Made by a program: the position numbers and the translations under genes
The notes under the pieces: generated by a model
Told to the model about the DNA's origin: nothing
Database searches by the model: none
The model's input: the letters and a program-made list of their open reading frames with translations, nothing else
Source of the DNA: an uncultured Clostridia bacterium
Lineage (GTDB): Bacteria; Bacillota; Clostridia; UMGS1883; UMGS1540
Reading direction: 5' to 3'
Assembly: GCA_937966555.1 (NCBI GenBank)
Contig: CALCLY010000036.1
Location: forward strand, 122,116 to 186,115
Length of the DNA: 64,000 nt
Shown here: one piece after another, positions 9,198 through 18,085 of the stretch
How positions within the stretch are numbered: position 1 is the first letter of the stretch
How the letters are laid out: each line of letters begins with the position of its first letter

Positions 9198-10205
9198 TTA
9201 TTTTTGTATCATCTGAGCCTGTACGCATGTGATTGCAACAACGCCTGCGATATCATCGGCGTTACAGCCTCTTGAAAGGTCGTTTACGGGAGCTGCTATA
9301 CCCTGGAGAACAGGACCGTATGCCTCAGCCTTTGCAAGACGCTGAACAAGCTTGTAGCCTATGTTGCCGGCATCAAGATTCGGGAATATAAGAACGTTTG
9401 CATGACCTGCAATAGCACTATCGGGAGCTTTTGCTTTGCCTATCTCGGGAACGATTGCAGCGTCAAGCTGAAGCTCGCCGTCAAGCTTTAATTCAGGAGC
9501 TTTTTCTTTTGCAAGACGTGTAGCTTCAACAACTTTTTCAACAAGCGTATGCTTTGCGGAACCGTAGCTTGAGTGAGAAAGCATTGCAACTTTCGGTTCT
9601 GCACCGAAAAGGTTCTTGAAGGACTGAGCCGAGGAAATTGCAATTTCAGAAAGCTCGTCTGCTGTGGGATCCTGGTTAAGACCGCAGTCGGCGAATACAA
9701 ATGCGCCGTTTTCGCCGTATTCGCAGTCCGGAACTATCATGGCAAAAAATGCCGATACAAGCTTTGTGCCGGGAGCTGTTTTGAGAATTTGAAGTGCGGG
9801 GCGCAAAACATTTGCCGTGGCGTTTATAGCACCTGCAACCATGCCGTCAGCGTCGCCGGACTTAACCATCATTGTGCCGAAATAAAGAACATTGTCAAGA
9901 GTTTCCAAAGCCTTTTCGGGCGTCATGCCTTTTGCTTTGCGAAGCTCATAAAACTTATCGGCATAAGCGGCTTTGTCGGGCGAAGTTTTGGGATTTATAA
10001 GCTTTGCGGCGCTGATATCAAGATTTTCACTTTCAGCCATTTTTTTGATTTCGGATTCATCACCCAAAATGATAATGTTGGCTATTTCATCTTTCAAAAC
10101 TTTTGCCGCAGCGCGGATTGTACGCATATCACTGCCTTCGGCAAGAACAACGGTTTTCTTGTCGCTCTTGGCTTTTGCAATGATTCCGTCCATAAATTTA
10201 CTCAT
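9198..10205 (-). CDS. pta: phosphate acetyltransferase
   Basis: 335 aa short-form Pta (TVVLAEGSDMRTIRAAAKVL...; GPVLQGIAAPVNDLSRGC). Forms a pta-ackA operon. Confidence 0.95.
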   Translation of the reverse strand: MSKFMDGIIAKAKSDKKTVVLAEGSDMRTIRAAAKVLKDEIANIIILGDESEIKKMAESENLDISAAKLINPKTSPDKAAYADKFYELRKAKGMTPEKALETLDNVLYFGTMMVKSGDADGMVAGAINATANVLRPALQILKTAPGTKLVSAFFAMIVPDCEYGENGAFVFADCGLNQDPTADELSEIAISSAQSFKNLFGAEPKVAMLSHSSYGSAKHTLVEKVVEATRLAKEKAPELKLDGELQLDAAIVPEIGKAKAPDSAIAGHANVLIFPNLDAGNIGYKLVQRLAKAEAYGPVLQGIAAPVNDLSRGCNADDIAGVVAITCVQAQMIQK

Positions 10206-10332
10206 ATAAAATCATCTCCAAATATTTATTTTGCTTTAACAGTATAATTATACAACACTTGTTTGCAAAATTCAAGAGAAAAATGCATAATATGTCAAAA
10301 AATAAATTATTTTTTTATTTTTCAAAAAGGGG

Positions 10333-10361
10333 TTGACATAGCTTTGAGTATAGTGTAGAAT
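10333..10361 (+). promoter_or_regulatory. sigma-A-type promoter for the ABC transporter gene
   Basis: TTGACA (10333-10338), 17-nt spacer, TAGAAT (10356-10361). Confidence 0.5.
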
Positions 10362-10393
10362 GTGGTTTAAGTAATATATAGGAGGAAAAATTT

Positions 10394-12652
10394 ATGGACG
10401 ACGTACCCCTTATATCAAACAAAAAAGTAAATGAAAAGGTGCTATCTTCCGCATCACGTATTATGAACGGCAAAAAACCTCTTTTTGCCGTTGTGGGCGA
10501 TCTCAGCCGCAACGCAAAATATTCCGAAAGCTGTCTGCTTTTCTTTGAAAGCGGATTACTTTTGTTTGAAAATAGCGAGAGCGATGGGAGAGCCTTTTAT
10601 TATTCGGAAATTACGGATATTTATACCAAACGTATGTACGGGAATGCATGTATTTTTATCTCAACCGAAAGCGAAAAGGATATGCTTTTGTTCAGATATA
10701 CTTATTCGCTTGCCGCCATTTGTGACGCTGCGGTAAATTTTGCGGACAGAGTGTGCAGCGGTGTGAATATTAAAGAAGAACTTGCGGTGGTTGAGGCTAC
10801 ATACGAAAAAGCTTTGAGTGTCTGCCCCAAATGCGGCAGAAATCTTATTCGCCCGGGTGCGGAGTGCATAATGTGCCGCTCGAAAAAGAAGATTGCCGGA
10901 AAGCTTTTAGAATATATTGCGCCGCAGAAATATGTGCTGATTTTTTGCAGCATACTGTCTCTTATAACAACGGCAATGTCGCTTTTGCCGCCTTATGTTA
11001 CGAAAATAATGGTTGACAAAATAATTCCGTCGGGAAACGAAAAAATGCTTGCGGCGGTTATCGGGGCGCTGCTTCTGTCATATATTATTCAGTACGGCAT
11101 AGGCATAATACGCAGCTATTATATGCGTGCCGCGGGTGACAAAACCGTGGAACTTCTGCGAAACGATATATACAGAAAAGCACAGTATCTGCCCATGAAG
11201 TTTTACGACAAAACGTCAACGGGTTCGGTTATAAACAGAATTGCGAGCGATTCGGCAACGCTTCAGCAATTTATGCTGAGGATAACGCAGGAGGTTGTCG
11301 TTCAGTTTTTCCTGCTTATAGGCATTGTGGTTATAATGTTTGTTTTAAACTGGAAGCTTACGCTGCTTTCGCTTCTCCCCGTACCGTTCGTTGTTATAGG
11401 TTCAAAAATTTTCGGCAAGAAAATTGCGCCGTATTACAAAAGAATCTGGAGAAGATGGTCTGCCGTTACATCTATTTTGGCGGATTCAATTCCGTGCGTG
11501 AGAATAATAAAGTCTTTTGCCGGAGAGGACAGAGCCGTTAAAAAATTTGAAAAATACAATAAAGAGTGGCTCGGGGTTGACTTAAAATCCGCAAAAATTT
11601 CAACCGCTTTTCCAAACATTGTTTCATTTATTATTACTTGCGGCTCGCTTGCAATATGGGCAATAGGCGGCGGAAGTGCCATAAGAAATCCTAATGGTGC
11701 GGTGTCGGTTGGTATGCTTGTGTCATTTATCTCATATACTACCATGTTTTACGGCCCTGTAAACTTTTTTGCAAATCTTAACGATTCTTATCAGAGTGCG
11801 CTTTCTTCAACGGAAAGAATACTTGATATATTGGAAGCGGAGCCCGAAAACGATGTTTCGGAGGGGTTGAAACCGCCGATGCTCCGCGGGAAAATAGAAT
11901 TTAAAAACGTTAATTTTTCGTTTGACAGAACCAAAAAGGTTCTAAACGATATAAATCTCACAATAGAGCCCGGAGATATTGTCGGAATAGTGGGTACAAC
12001 GGGTTCGGGCAAATCCACCCTTATAAACCTTCTTATGAGATTTTATGATAATTATGAAGGAGATATTTTGGTAGACGGTCAGAATATAAAGAATTTTGAC
12101 ATAGGAGCGTACCGCGCAAAAATCGGATACGTTCAGCAGGAACCGATGATGTTCAGCGATACGATATTCAATAATATTTCTTACGGCGTTCCGGAAGCTT
12201 CAGTTGAAGAAGTGATTCACGCGGCAGATGTTGCCAATGCACACGGATTCATAGCACGCCTCCCCGATGCGTACGATACGGTTTTGGGGGAGAGGGGAGT
12301 GGGCGTCTCCGGCGGTGAAAAGCAGAGACTTTCAATTGCACGTGCCGTTCTTAAAAATCCGAGTATAATGATATTTGACGAGGCGACCGCTGCTGTGGAT
12401 TCCGAAACCGAGAATCTTATACAGCAGGCGATTGACAAGCTTATAAGCGGCAGAACAACACTCATGATAGCACACAGACTTTCAACTTTGCGCAAGGCTA
12501 ACAAAATTGTGGTTGTTGATAAAGGCAAAATAATAGAATTCGGCTCGCCCGAAGAGCTTATGGCGCTCAAAGGCAAATACTATAAGCTTATAAAAATACA
12601 ATCCATGTCCGATGAAGTTAACAGAGAAAGGCAGGCGGAAAATTTTGAGTAG
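10394..12652 (+). CDS. ABC exporter, fused permease/ATPase, with extra ~170-aa N-terminal domain
   Basis: Walker A GTTGSGKST, signature VSGGEKQRLSIARA, Walker B IMIFDEATAAVD. Six-TM exporter core. The N-terminal extension carries a Zn ribbon CPKCGRNL..CIMC. Confidence 0.85.
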   Translation: MDDVPLISNKKVNEKVLSSASRIMNGKKPLFAVVGDLSRNAKYSESCLLFFESGLLLFENSESDGRAFYYSEITDIYTKRMYGNACIFISTESEKDMLLFRYTYSLAAICDAAVNFADRVCSGVNIKEELAVVEATYEKALSVCPKCGRNLIRPGAECIMCRSKKKIAGKLLEYIAPQKYVLIFCSILSLITTAMSLLPPYVTKIMVDKIIPSGNEKMLAAVIGALLLSYIIQYGIGIIRSYYMRAAGDKTVELLRNDIYRKAQYLPMKFYDKTSTGSVINRIASDSATLQQFMLRITQEVVVQFFLLIGIVVIMFVLNWKLTLLSLLPVPFVVIGSKIFGKKIAPYYKRIWRRWSAVTSILADSIPCVRIIKSFAGEDRAVKKFEKYNKEWLGVDLKSAKISTAFPNIVSFIITCGSLAIWAIGGGSAIRNPNGAVSVGMLVSFISYTTMFYGPVNFFANLNDSYQSALSSTERILDILEAEPENDVSEGLKPPMLRGKIEFKNVNFSFDRTKKVLNDINLTIEPGDIVGIVGTTGSGKSTLINLLMRFYDNYEGDILVDGQNIKNFDIGAYRAKIGYVQQEPMMFSDTIFNNISYGVPEASVEEVIHAADVANAHGFIARLPDAYDTVLGERGVGVSGGEKQRLSIARAVLKNPSIMIFDEATAAVDSETENLIQQAIDKLISGRTTLMIAHRLSTLRKANKIVVVDKGKIIEFGSPEELMALKGKYYKLIKIQSMSDEVNRERQAENFE

Positions 12653-13133
12653 AATATACATAAACAGCGATGAAGTCCGTTTTACAAAGAACGGTTTAAA
12701 CCATGTTGATGCGGAATTCTATGACGGAACACGCATGTATGACCTTGAACCGCGCAGACTTTTTCCCGTCAGCGGACTTGACAAATATATCACTTTACTC
12801 GATGAAAACGGAGACGAAAAAGCGGTTATCAGAAATGTTTCGCACTTAATGCCGGAGTCACGCGATGTAATTAACGATTGCCTGCGCGAATATTATCTTA
12901 TACCAAAAATCACAAGACTTCTTGACAGCGACGAAAAATATGGTATAATAAAATGGAAGGTCGAAACAGACAGAGGCATTAAAGCTTTTGATATCAGAAA
13001 CAGACACCACGATATAAAGGTGTTGTTTGACGGACGTGTGCTTGTGAGGGACAGCAATGATAACAGATATGAAATTCCCGATTATAAAAAGCTTGACAAG
13101 CACAGCAGAAAACTTCTGATTTCGGAGCTTTGA
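12612..13133 (+). CDS. DUF1854-like protein (ABC-transporter-associated; family name from memory)
   Basis: 173 aa. It overlaps the end of the ABC gene; the start is ATG 12612 or TTG 12645. This family commonly follows this type of ABC exporter. Confidence 0.55.
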   Translation: MKLTEKGRRKILSRIYINSDEVRFTKNGLNHVDAEFYDGTRMYDLEPRRLFPVSGLDKYITLLDENGDEKAVIRNVSHLMPESRDVINDCLREYYLIPKITRLLDSDEKYGIIKWKVETDRGIKAFDIRNRHHDIKVLFDGRVLVRDSNDNRYEIPDYKKLDKHSRKLLISEL

Positions 13134-13189
13134 TAAATGTCGCAGGGCTCGTGCGATGAAAAGAATTACAGAGCAGAAAGGGTTTTTAA

Positions 13190-13516
13190 ATGAAACTTGT
13201 ATTGGCAATTGTAAGTAACGATGATACCGGGGCGGTTGTTCCTGAACTTATTAAAGAAGGATATTCGGTTACCACGCTTTCAACCACAGGCGGGTTTTTG
13301 AGAGTGGGAAATACAACGCTTTTGGTTGTGACTGAAGATGAAAAGGTAACTCAGCTTCGCGATCTTTTTGCTAAATATTGCTCGTCAAGAAAAAAGGTAA
13401 ACCCCTCAACATCTTCTTTTGGAAAGAATATGCTGTCGGACAGTCCGGCTGAGGAAGTTTCCGTAGGCGGCGCAACATTTTTTGTTTTAAATGTTGATAA
13501 AATGGAAAAATTCTGA
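13190..13516 (+). CDS. darA: cyclic-di-AMP receptor, PII-like (DarA/YaaQ family)
   Basis: MKLVLAIVSNDD..TTLSTTGGFLRVGNTTLLVV...VSVGGATFFVLNVDKMEKF aligns by eye along its length with B. subtilis DarA. Confidence 0.7.
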   Translation: MKLVLAIVSNDDTGAVVPELIKEGYSVTTLSTTGGFLRVGNTTLLVVTEDEKVTQLRDLFAKYCSSRKKVNPSTSSFGKNMLSDSPAEEVSVGGATFFVLNVDKMEKF

Positions 13517-13533
13517 TTTTTTCAAAAAAACAA

Positions 13534-13562
13534 TTGACTTAATTTGTTTTTTGTGATAAAAT
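13534..13562 (+). promoter_or_regulatory. sigma-A-type promoter (extended -10) for tadA and tRNA-Ser
   Basis: TTGACT (13534-13539), 17-nt spacer ending TGa, TAAAAT (13557-13562). Confidence 0.5.
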
Positions 13563-13591
13563 ATAAGGCAGTGATTTTGTTGAATCAGTTT

Positions 13592-14017
13592 ATGAAACTT
13601 GCAATTGAAGAAGCGCGGATTGCCATGTGCGGGGGAGAGGTTCCTGTAGGCGCGGTGGTTACGAAAAACGGCGTTGTTGTGGCAAAAGCGCATAATTTGG
13701 TTGAAAAGCTTCATGATTCCACCGCACATGCAGAGATTCTTGCCATACGCAAGGCGGGAGAGGCATTGGGCAATTGGAGACTTACTGAATGCAGTTTGTA
13801 TGTCACGCTTGAGCCTTGTGCGATGTGTGCAGCGGCACTGTTGCGCGCCCGAATCGCTGCCCTTTATTTCGGCTCTTTTGACAGTGAGTTCGGAGCAGTG
13901 GAAAGCAACAGGCTGATTGTTAATCCGCGTTTGTCTGTGTATTGCGGCATAGAAGAGGATGAATGCAATAAAATCATCAGATGTTTTTTTGATAAAAAAC
14001 GTTTGAAATGCGAATAA
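13592..14017 (+). CDS. tadA: tRNA adenosine(34) deaminase
   Basis: CDA motifs HAEILAIRKA and LEPCAMCAAAL. Start set to ATG 13592, downstream of the predicted promoter; the track ORF begins at 13544. Confidence 0.85.
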   Translation: MKLAIEEARIAMCGGEVPVGAVVTKNGVVVAKAHNLVEKLHDSTAHAEILAIRKAGEALGNWRLTECSLYVTLEPCAMCAAALLRARIAALYFGSFDSEFGAVESNRLIVNPRLSVYCGIEEDECNKIIRCFFDKKRLKCE

Positions 14018-14109
14018 GGACGGGTATCGAAGTGGTCATAACGGGGCTGACTCGAAATCAGTTTGTCGGTAATACCGGCACGTGGGTTCGAATCCCACCC
14101 CGTCCGCCA
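14018..14109 (+). tRNA. tRNA-Ser (anticodon CGA), CCA encoded
   Basis: Acceptor GGACGGG/CCCGTCC. Anticodon stem-loop GCTGA-CTCGAAA-TCAGT. Long variable arm. T-arm GTGGG-TTCGAATC-CCAC. It starts 1 nt after the tadA stop. Confidence 0.9.
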
Positions 14110-14112
14110 ATT

Positions 14113-14160
14113 ATGCGGGTTTGCTTAACTTTTGCGAACCCGCATTTACTTTATGTTTTT
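14113..14160 (+). terminator. rho-independent terminator after tRNA-Ser
   Basis: 12-bp stem 14113-14124/14134-14145 (one G-T pair) followed by a T-rich tail. Confidence 0.6.
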
Positions 14161-14372
14161 TGCCCAATTTTGCCTTAAACCTCACCATTATTCGTTACCG
14201 TACAGTAATTCAAGCGGCTTGAAATACGGTATAATTATACTGCACACATTGTCGCGATAGCCGCTGTATGTAGTAAGCTGAATACTCGGTTTGACGCGTT
14301 CAAGCCATTGCTGCATTTATCGAATACCTTGCCGAGGGAACAGATAAAGCTCTTGCGGAATTTACGGCGTTT

Positions 14373-15005
14373 ATGGGCAGTGATTTTGCAGCGCCTCAAA
14401 AAGATTCGGCGCATTATATGATGAATTTTATCAATGCTATGACGGCAAGTATTGAGCAGAAAAAAGCTGAAATCAAGTTTTATATAAATGATATTATGAA
14501 AGATAAAAACGGTTCCCTTAATCAGCGTTTTGTAAACTGCGGAAAAGAGAGCAAACTGTTTGATTTTCAATTTGATTCGCATTTTGATTTTGAAAACGAT
14601 GTAATTATCTATCCTCTCGAAACTATGGATGATGTAATTCGCTTTGATATTATGCAGATGCTTGCAAATAAGATTAAATTCAAGCCGTGCAAATGCTGCG
14701 GTCATTATTTTGTGCCCGGCGGGCGCACGAACAGCGAATACTGCGACAGAATTATGCCCGGCGAAACAAGACCTTGCAATGAGTTCGGCGCACTTAAAAC
14801 ATTTGATATCACTCATAAAAACGACGATATTCATAAAGCCTATATCACCGCTTACCGCCGTATGGACTCACGCCAGCGCGCAAAGCTCATCACTAAAGAT
14901 GAATTCAAGCAGTTCGGCAAAATTGCCCGTGCCGAGCGTAAAAAATGCTATAACGGCGAAATAACTCTTGATCAGTTCAAAACTTGGCTTGATGATTTTA
15001 GATAA
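14373..15005 (+). CDS. DUF6076-like protein, short form (paralog of 1525-2748 C-terminal half)
   Basis: CKCCGHYF..SEYC..RPCNEFGA..AYRRMDSR aligns with CEICETYF..QKYC..ITCRKFAA..IYNRRCSC of the 407-aa protein. The open frame extends upstream to 14295 without an ATG. Confidence 0.45.
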   Translation: MGSDFAAPQKDSAHYMMNFINAMTASIEQKKAEIKFYINDIMKDKNGSLNQRFVNCGKESKLFDFQFDSHFDFENDVIIYPLETMDDVIRFDIMQMLANKIKFKPCKCCGHYFVPGGRTNSEYCDRIMPGETRPCNEFGALKTFDITHKNDDIHKAYITAYRRMDSRQRAKLITKDEFKQFGKIARAERKKCYNGEITLDQFKTWLDDFR

Positions 15006-15017
15006 ATGTATAGCGAA

Positions 15018-15044
15018 AGCAGCAGATTGCGGTCTGCTGCTTTT
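15018..15044. terminator. bidirectional terminator between convergent genes
   Basis: AGCAGCAGA (15018-15026) pairs with TCTGCTGCT (15033-15041), perfect 9 bp, followed by TTT. Confidence 0.6.
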
Positions 15045-15049
15045 GTGGA

Positions 15050-18000
15050 TTATACTCTGTTTGAAGTTCTATATGTTTCCTGTGCCAATGTAGCCATAAC
15101 CGTATCATAAAAGCGTTTATCCTCAAACAATTTTGAAAACGCCTTCATCTGTTCCATATAACAGTCCTGCGCAACCTGTTTGAACACTTCGGGAAATATT
15201 GACTTTGTATAAACTTCCTCATCATTTTTCTGTGCCTGACGGTTTAGTTTCTTATTTTCCTTTGCTCTGTTGTAAAGTGTTTCAACAATAACTCTGTCAC
15301 CCTCCGAAAAAATACCGTCAAACCGTTCATTTATTTTGCTGATAATTTCTTCAAGCAAAGCATCTTCTTCGGACATAAATCCGGCCGTTTTTAATGACTT
15401 CGGATTTTCGAGTGTTTTTGTTGCTTCCGTCGGTGCTAAACTAATATCTCCGTGAAAATCCTCTTGAATTTTATAGTATTCAAGTTTCAGCTTATCCTCC
15501 AAATCAACATTGCGTGTGTCGCTGACCGGCGGCAGCATTTTTTCAAGGTACTGCGTATATGTGTATTCCTCCTGCAAAGACCTGTCAAACATCCTGCTTA
15601 TCTGCGTAATATATGAATACCACTTATTAAAATTTTTAACCGTTTTCTTGACCTCAAATCTATCTTCCTCACTCATCGCCTCATATCTTGCCACAACGGG
15701 TTTTAAAAGGCTTGTGAGCTTTCCCAAATCGCTGTCATTTTGGTCTTTTTTTAAAAATATCTTTAAAAATTCCTGTATATCATTTTCGTCATATATTCCT
15801 TTTTGACGGAGAAGCTGTCTTGTATCGTAAATCATATTGACATTGATTTCTTCATCAAGATATGTAGCCTCGTAGTACGGCTCAAAGGCTTTTTGTATGT
15901 CCTCTGCTGTGTTTACAAAATCCAGTACAAATGTATCTGTTTTGCCCGGACAGGTTCGGTTAAGCCTTGAAAGGGTCTGCACGGCTTTGACATCTTTCAG
16001 TTTTTTATCGACAAACATTGTGTGCAGCAACGGCTCGTCAAATCCTGTCTGATATTTTTCCGCAACAACAAGCATTGCATATTCGTCTTTATTAAATTCG
16101 GACGGCAGCTGACTTTCTTTTATGGTCGTTCCGTCCTTTCGCTTGTTCAAGCCTTCTTCGGTGTACTCAAATTCGCCGTCTTTCACAACGCCCGAAAAGG
16201 CAACAAGAATTTCAACATCATCATATCCGTGACTTTCAATATAGCGTTTCATCTCGTGATAATATCTTATTGCGTGAAGCCGCGACGCCGTTACAACCAT
16301 TGCTTTTGCTCTGCCGTTTATTTTATTTTTTGTAACGCTTCTGTATGTTTCAATAATAATGGCGGTTTTCTGTGCAATGTTGTGAGGGTGCAGTTCCTTG
16401 TACCTCAAAACAGCCTTTACTGCTTTGTTTGCCGGCACTTCGGGGTTGTCCGGCGTTTGTTTTGCAATGCGATAACAGGTTTTATAGTGCATAAAATTTT
16501 TCAGTACATCTAAAATAAAGCCCTCTTCAATAGCTTGTTTCATAGAATAAATATGAAACGGTCTGAAACCTTTGCCATTTTCTCTTGGTGTGCCGAATAT
16601 TTCAAGCGTTTTTTCTTTCGGCGTGGCGGTGAAGGCAAAAAACGAAAGGTTTTTGTGTTTCCCGTGCGACAGCATTTCGTCAACAAGCTTGTCCTCTTGG
16701 TCTTTCACCTCATCTTCCGCAATACCTTCAAGCTCGGCATATTCTTTTAATGCGTCCTCTGTGTCGGCAAGAGCAGTTTTCAATTTTGCGGCATTTTTCC
16801 CTGTCTGCGAATTGTGAGCCTCATCAACTATAACTGCAAACCGCCTGTCTGTTGTGTCATCAATTTCATTGTATATATACGGAAATTTCTGAATTGTTGT
16901 TATAATAATTTTCTTTCCGTTGTTTATAGCCGCTTTTAAATCTGCTGAATGTTTGTCATCATCAATTTTTTCGACAACGCCTTTTGTATGGTCGAATCCG
17001 TAAATTGTGTTCTGTGTTTGGCGGTCAAGTACAGTACGATCATTGACAACTATAACAGATGTGAATATAGGTTTGTTGTCCTTATCGTGCAGTTCGGTAA
17101 GCTGATAGGCAAGCCAAGCAATGGAATTGCTCTTGCCGGAGCCGGCGGAGTGCTGAATAAGGTAATTATGCCCCGAACCGTTGTCCTTAACATCTGCGAC
17201 CAGCTTTGATACAACATCTAACTGATGAAATCGCGGAAATATCAGTTTAACCGATTTCTTTTTGACTTCTTTTCCGTTTGAATAGACAATCTTTTCTTCC
17301 TCAACTCTCTGCAAAAACCTTTGAAGTATATTTAAAAGACTGTCCTTTGTCAAAACCTTTTCCCAAAGGTAGCTTGTGGCGTACCCGTTTTTGTTTTCGG
17401 GGTTTCCTTTGCCGCCGACATTTCCGGCGCCGTTTGAGCCTTGATTAAACGGCAGAAAAAATGTTTTTTCTCCGTCGAGCTTTGTTGTCATTGCAACTTC
17501 GTATAAATCAACGGCGAAATATACAAGAAAACGGTTGTCAAAGCGAAAACAAAACTCTTTCGGATTTCTGTCCGTCATAAATTGCTTTTTTGCATTTGCA
17601 ACGCTTTGTCCCGTTAATTGGTCTTTCAGCTCCAAAGCAACAACAGGTATTCCGTTTACGGACAGCACCATATCAATAGAATTTTCATTTTCGGTTGAAT
17701 ATTTAAACTGCCTTGTGCAGGTTACAATGTTTGAATTGTAATCGGCAAGAACGGAATCGTTGAGCGTTGTGTTTTCTTTGAAAGAGACAATTTTTATTTT
17801 TGCACCCCTATCTTCAAAGCCGTGCTTTAAAACATAGGTCAATCCGAACGTGTCAACACATTCCTGAAAACGCTTGTATAATCTCTTTTCAGCGTCTGCA
17901 CCATAATTTCTTTCGTACTTTTGCCACTCTTTCGGCTGCGTTGCCTTTATGTATTGTATCAGTTTTGGCAGGTCAATGGAAGTTTCCCGGTTATATGTCG

Positions 18001-18082
18001 ATAAATCGCCCTTTGTATATCCGCCGCAGTTTAACATATAGCTTTCTATGTCCTGCTCAAAGCGTTTTTCTTTTATATTCAT
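15050..18082 (-). CDS. hsdR: type I restriction endonuclease subunit R
   Basis: 1010 aa. Walker A HSAGSGKS and DEAH box VIVDEAHNS. N-terminal nuclease-like region. An AAGGAGG RBS lies inside the end of hsdS. Confidence 0.9.
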   Translation of the reverse strand: MNIKEKRFEQDIESYMLNCGGYTKGDLSTYNRETSIDLPKLIQYIKATQPKEWQKYERNYGADAEKRLYKRFQECVDTFGLTYVLKHGFEDRGAKIKIVSFKENTTLNDSVLADYNSNIVTCTRQFKYSTENENSIDMVLSVNGIPVVALELKDQLTGQSVANAKKQFMTDRNPKEFCFRFDNRFLVYFAVDLYEVAMTTKLDGEKTFFLPFNQGSNGAGNVGGKGNPENKNGYATSYLWEKVLTKDSLLNILQRFLQRVEEEKIVYSNGKEVKKKSVKLIFPRFHQLDVVSKLVADVKDNGSGHNYLIQHSAGSGKSNSIAWLAYQLTELHDKDNKPIFTSVIVVNDRTVLDRQTQNTIYGFDHTKGVVEKIDDDKHSADLKAAINNGKKIIITTIQKFPYIYNEIDDTTDRRFAVIVDEAHNSQTGKNAAKLKTALADTEDALKEYAELEGIAEDEVKDQEDKLVDEMLSHGKHKNLSFFAFTATPKEKTLEIFGTPRENGKGFRPFHIYSMKQAIEEGFILDVLKNFMHYKTCYRIAKQTPDNPEVPANKAVKAVLRYKELHPHNIAQKTAIIIETYRSVTKNKINGRAKAMVVTASRLHAIRYYHEMKRYIESHGYDDVEILVAFSGVVKDGEFEYTEEGLNKRKDGTTIKESQLPSEFNKDEYAMLVVAEKYQTGFDEPLLHTMFVDKKLKDVKAVQTLSRLNRTCPGKTDTFVLDFVNTAEDIQKAFEPYYEATYLDEEINVNMIYDTRQLLRQKGIYDENDIQEFLKIFLKKDQNDSDLGKLTSLLKPVVARYEAMSEEDRFEVKKTVKNFNKWYSYITQISRMFDRSLQEEYTYTQYLEKMLPPVSDTRNVDLEDKLKLEYYKIQEDFHGDISLAPTEATKTLENPKSLKTAGFMSEEDALLEEIISKINERFDGIFSEGDRVIVETLYNRAKENKKLNRQAQKNDEEVYTKSIFPEVFKQVAQDCYMEQMKAFSKLFEDKRFYDTVMATLAQETYRTSNRV

Positions 18083-18085
18083 AGG

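Noticed and set aside
9573-10247. 224-aa ORF antisense to pta, and similar antisense ORFs in hsdR, hsdS, the SPFH gene and others
   Set aside because: They are fully nested opposite well-supported genes, have no RBS and show no recognizable motifs.
14235-14834. 199-aa minus-strand ORF overlapping the DUF6076-like gene
   Set aside because: The plus-strand frame has clear paralogy to 1525-2748 (a Cys-cluster alignment). The minus-strand ORF has no recognizable features.
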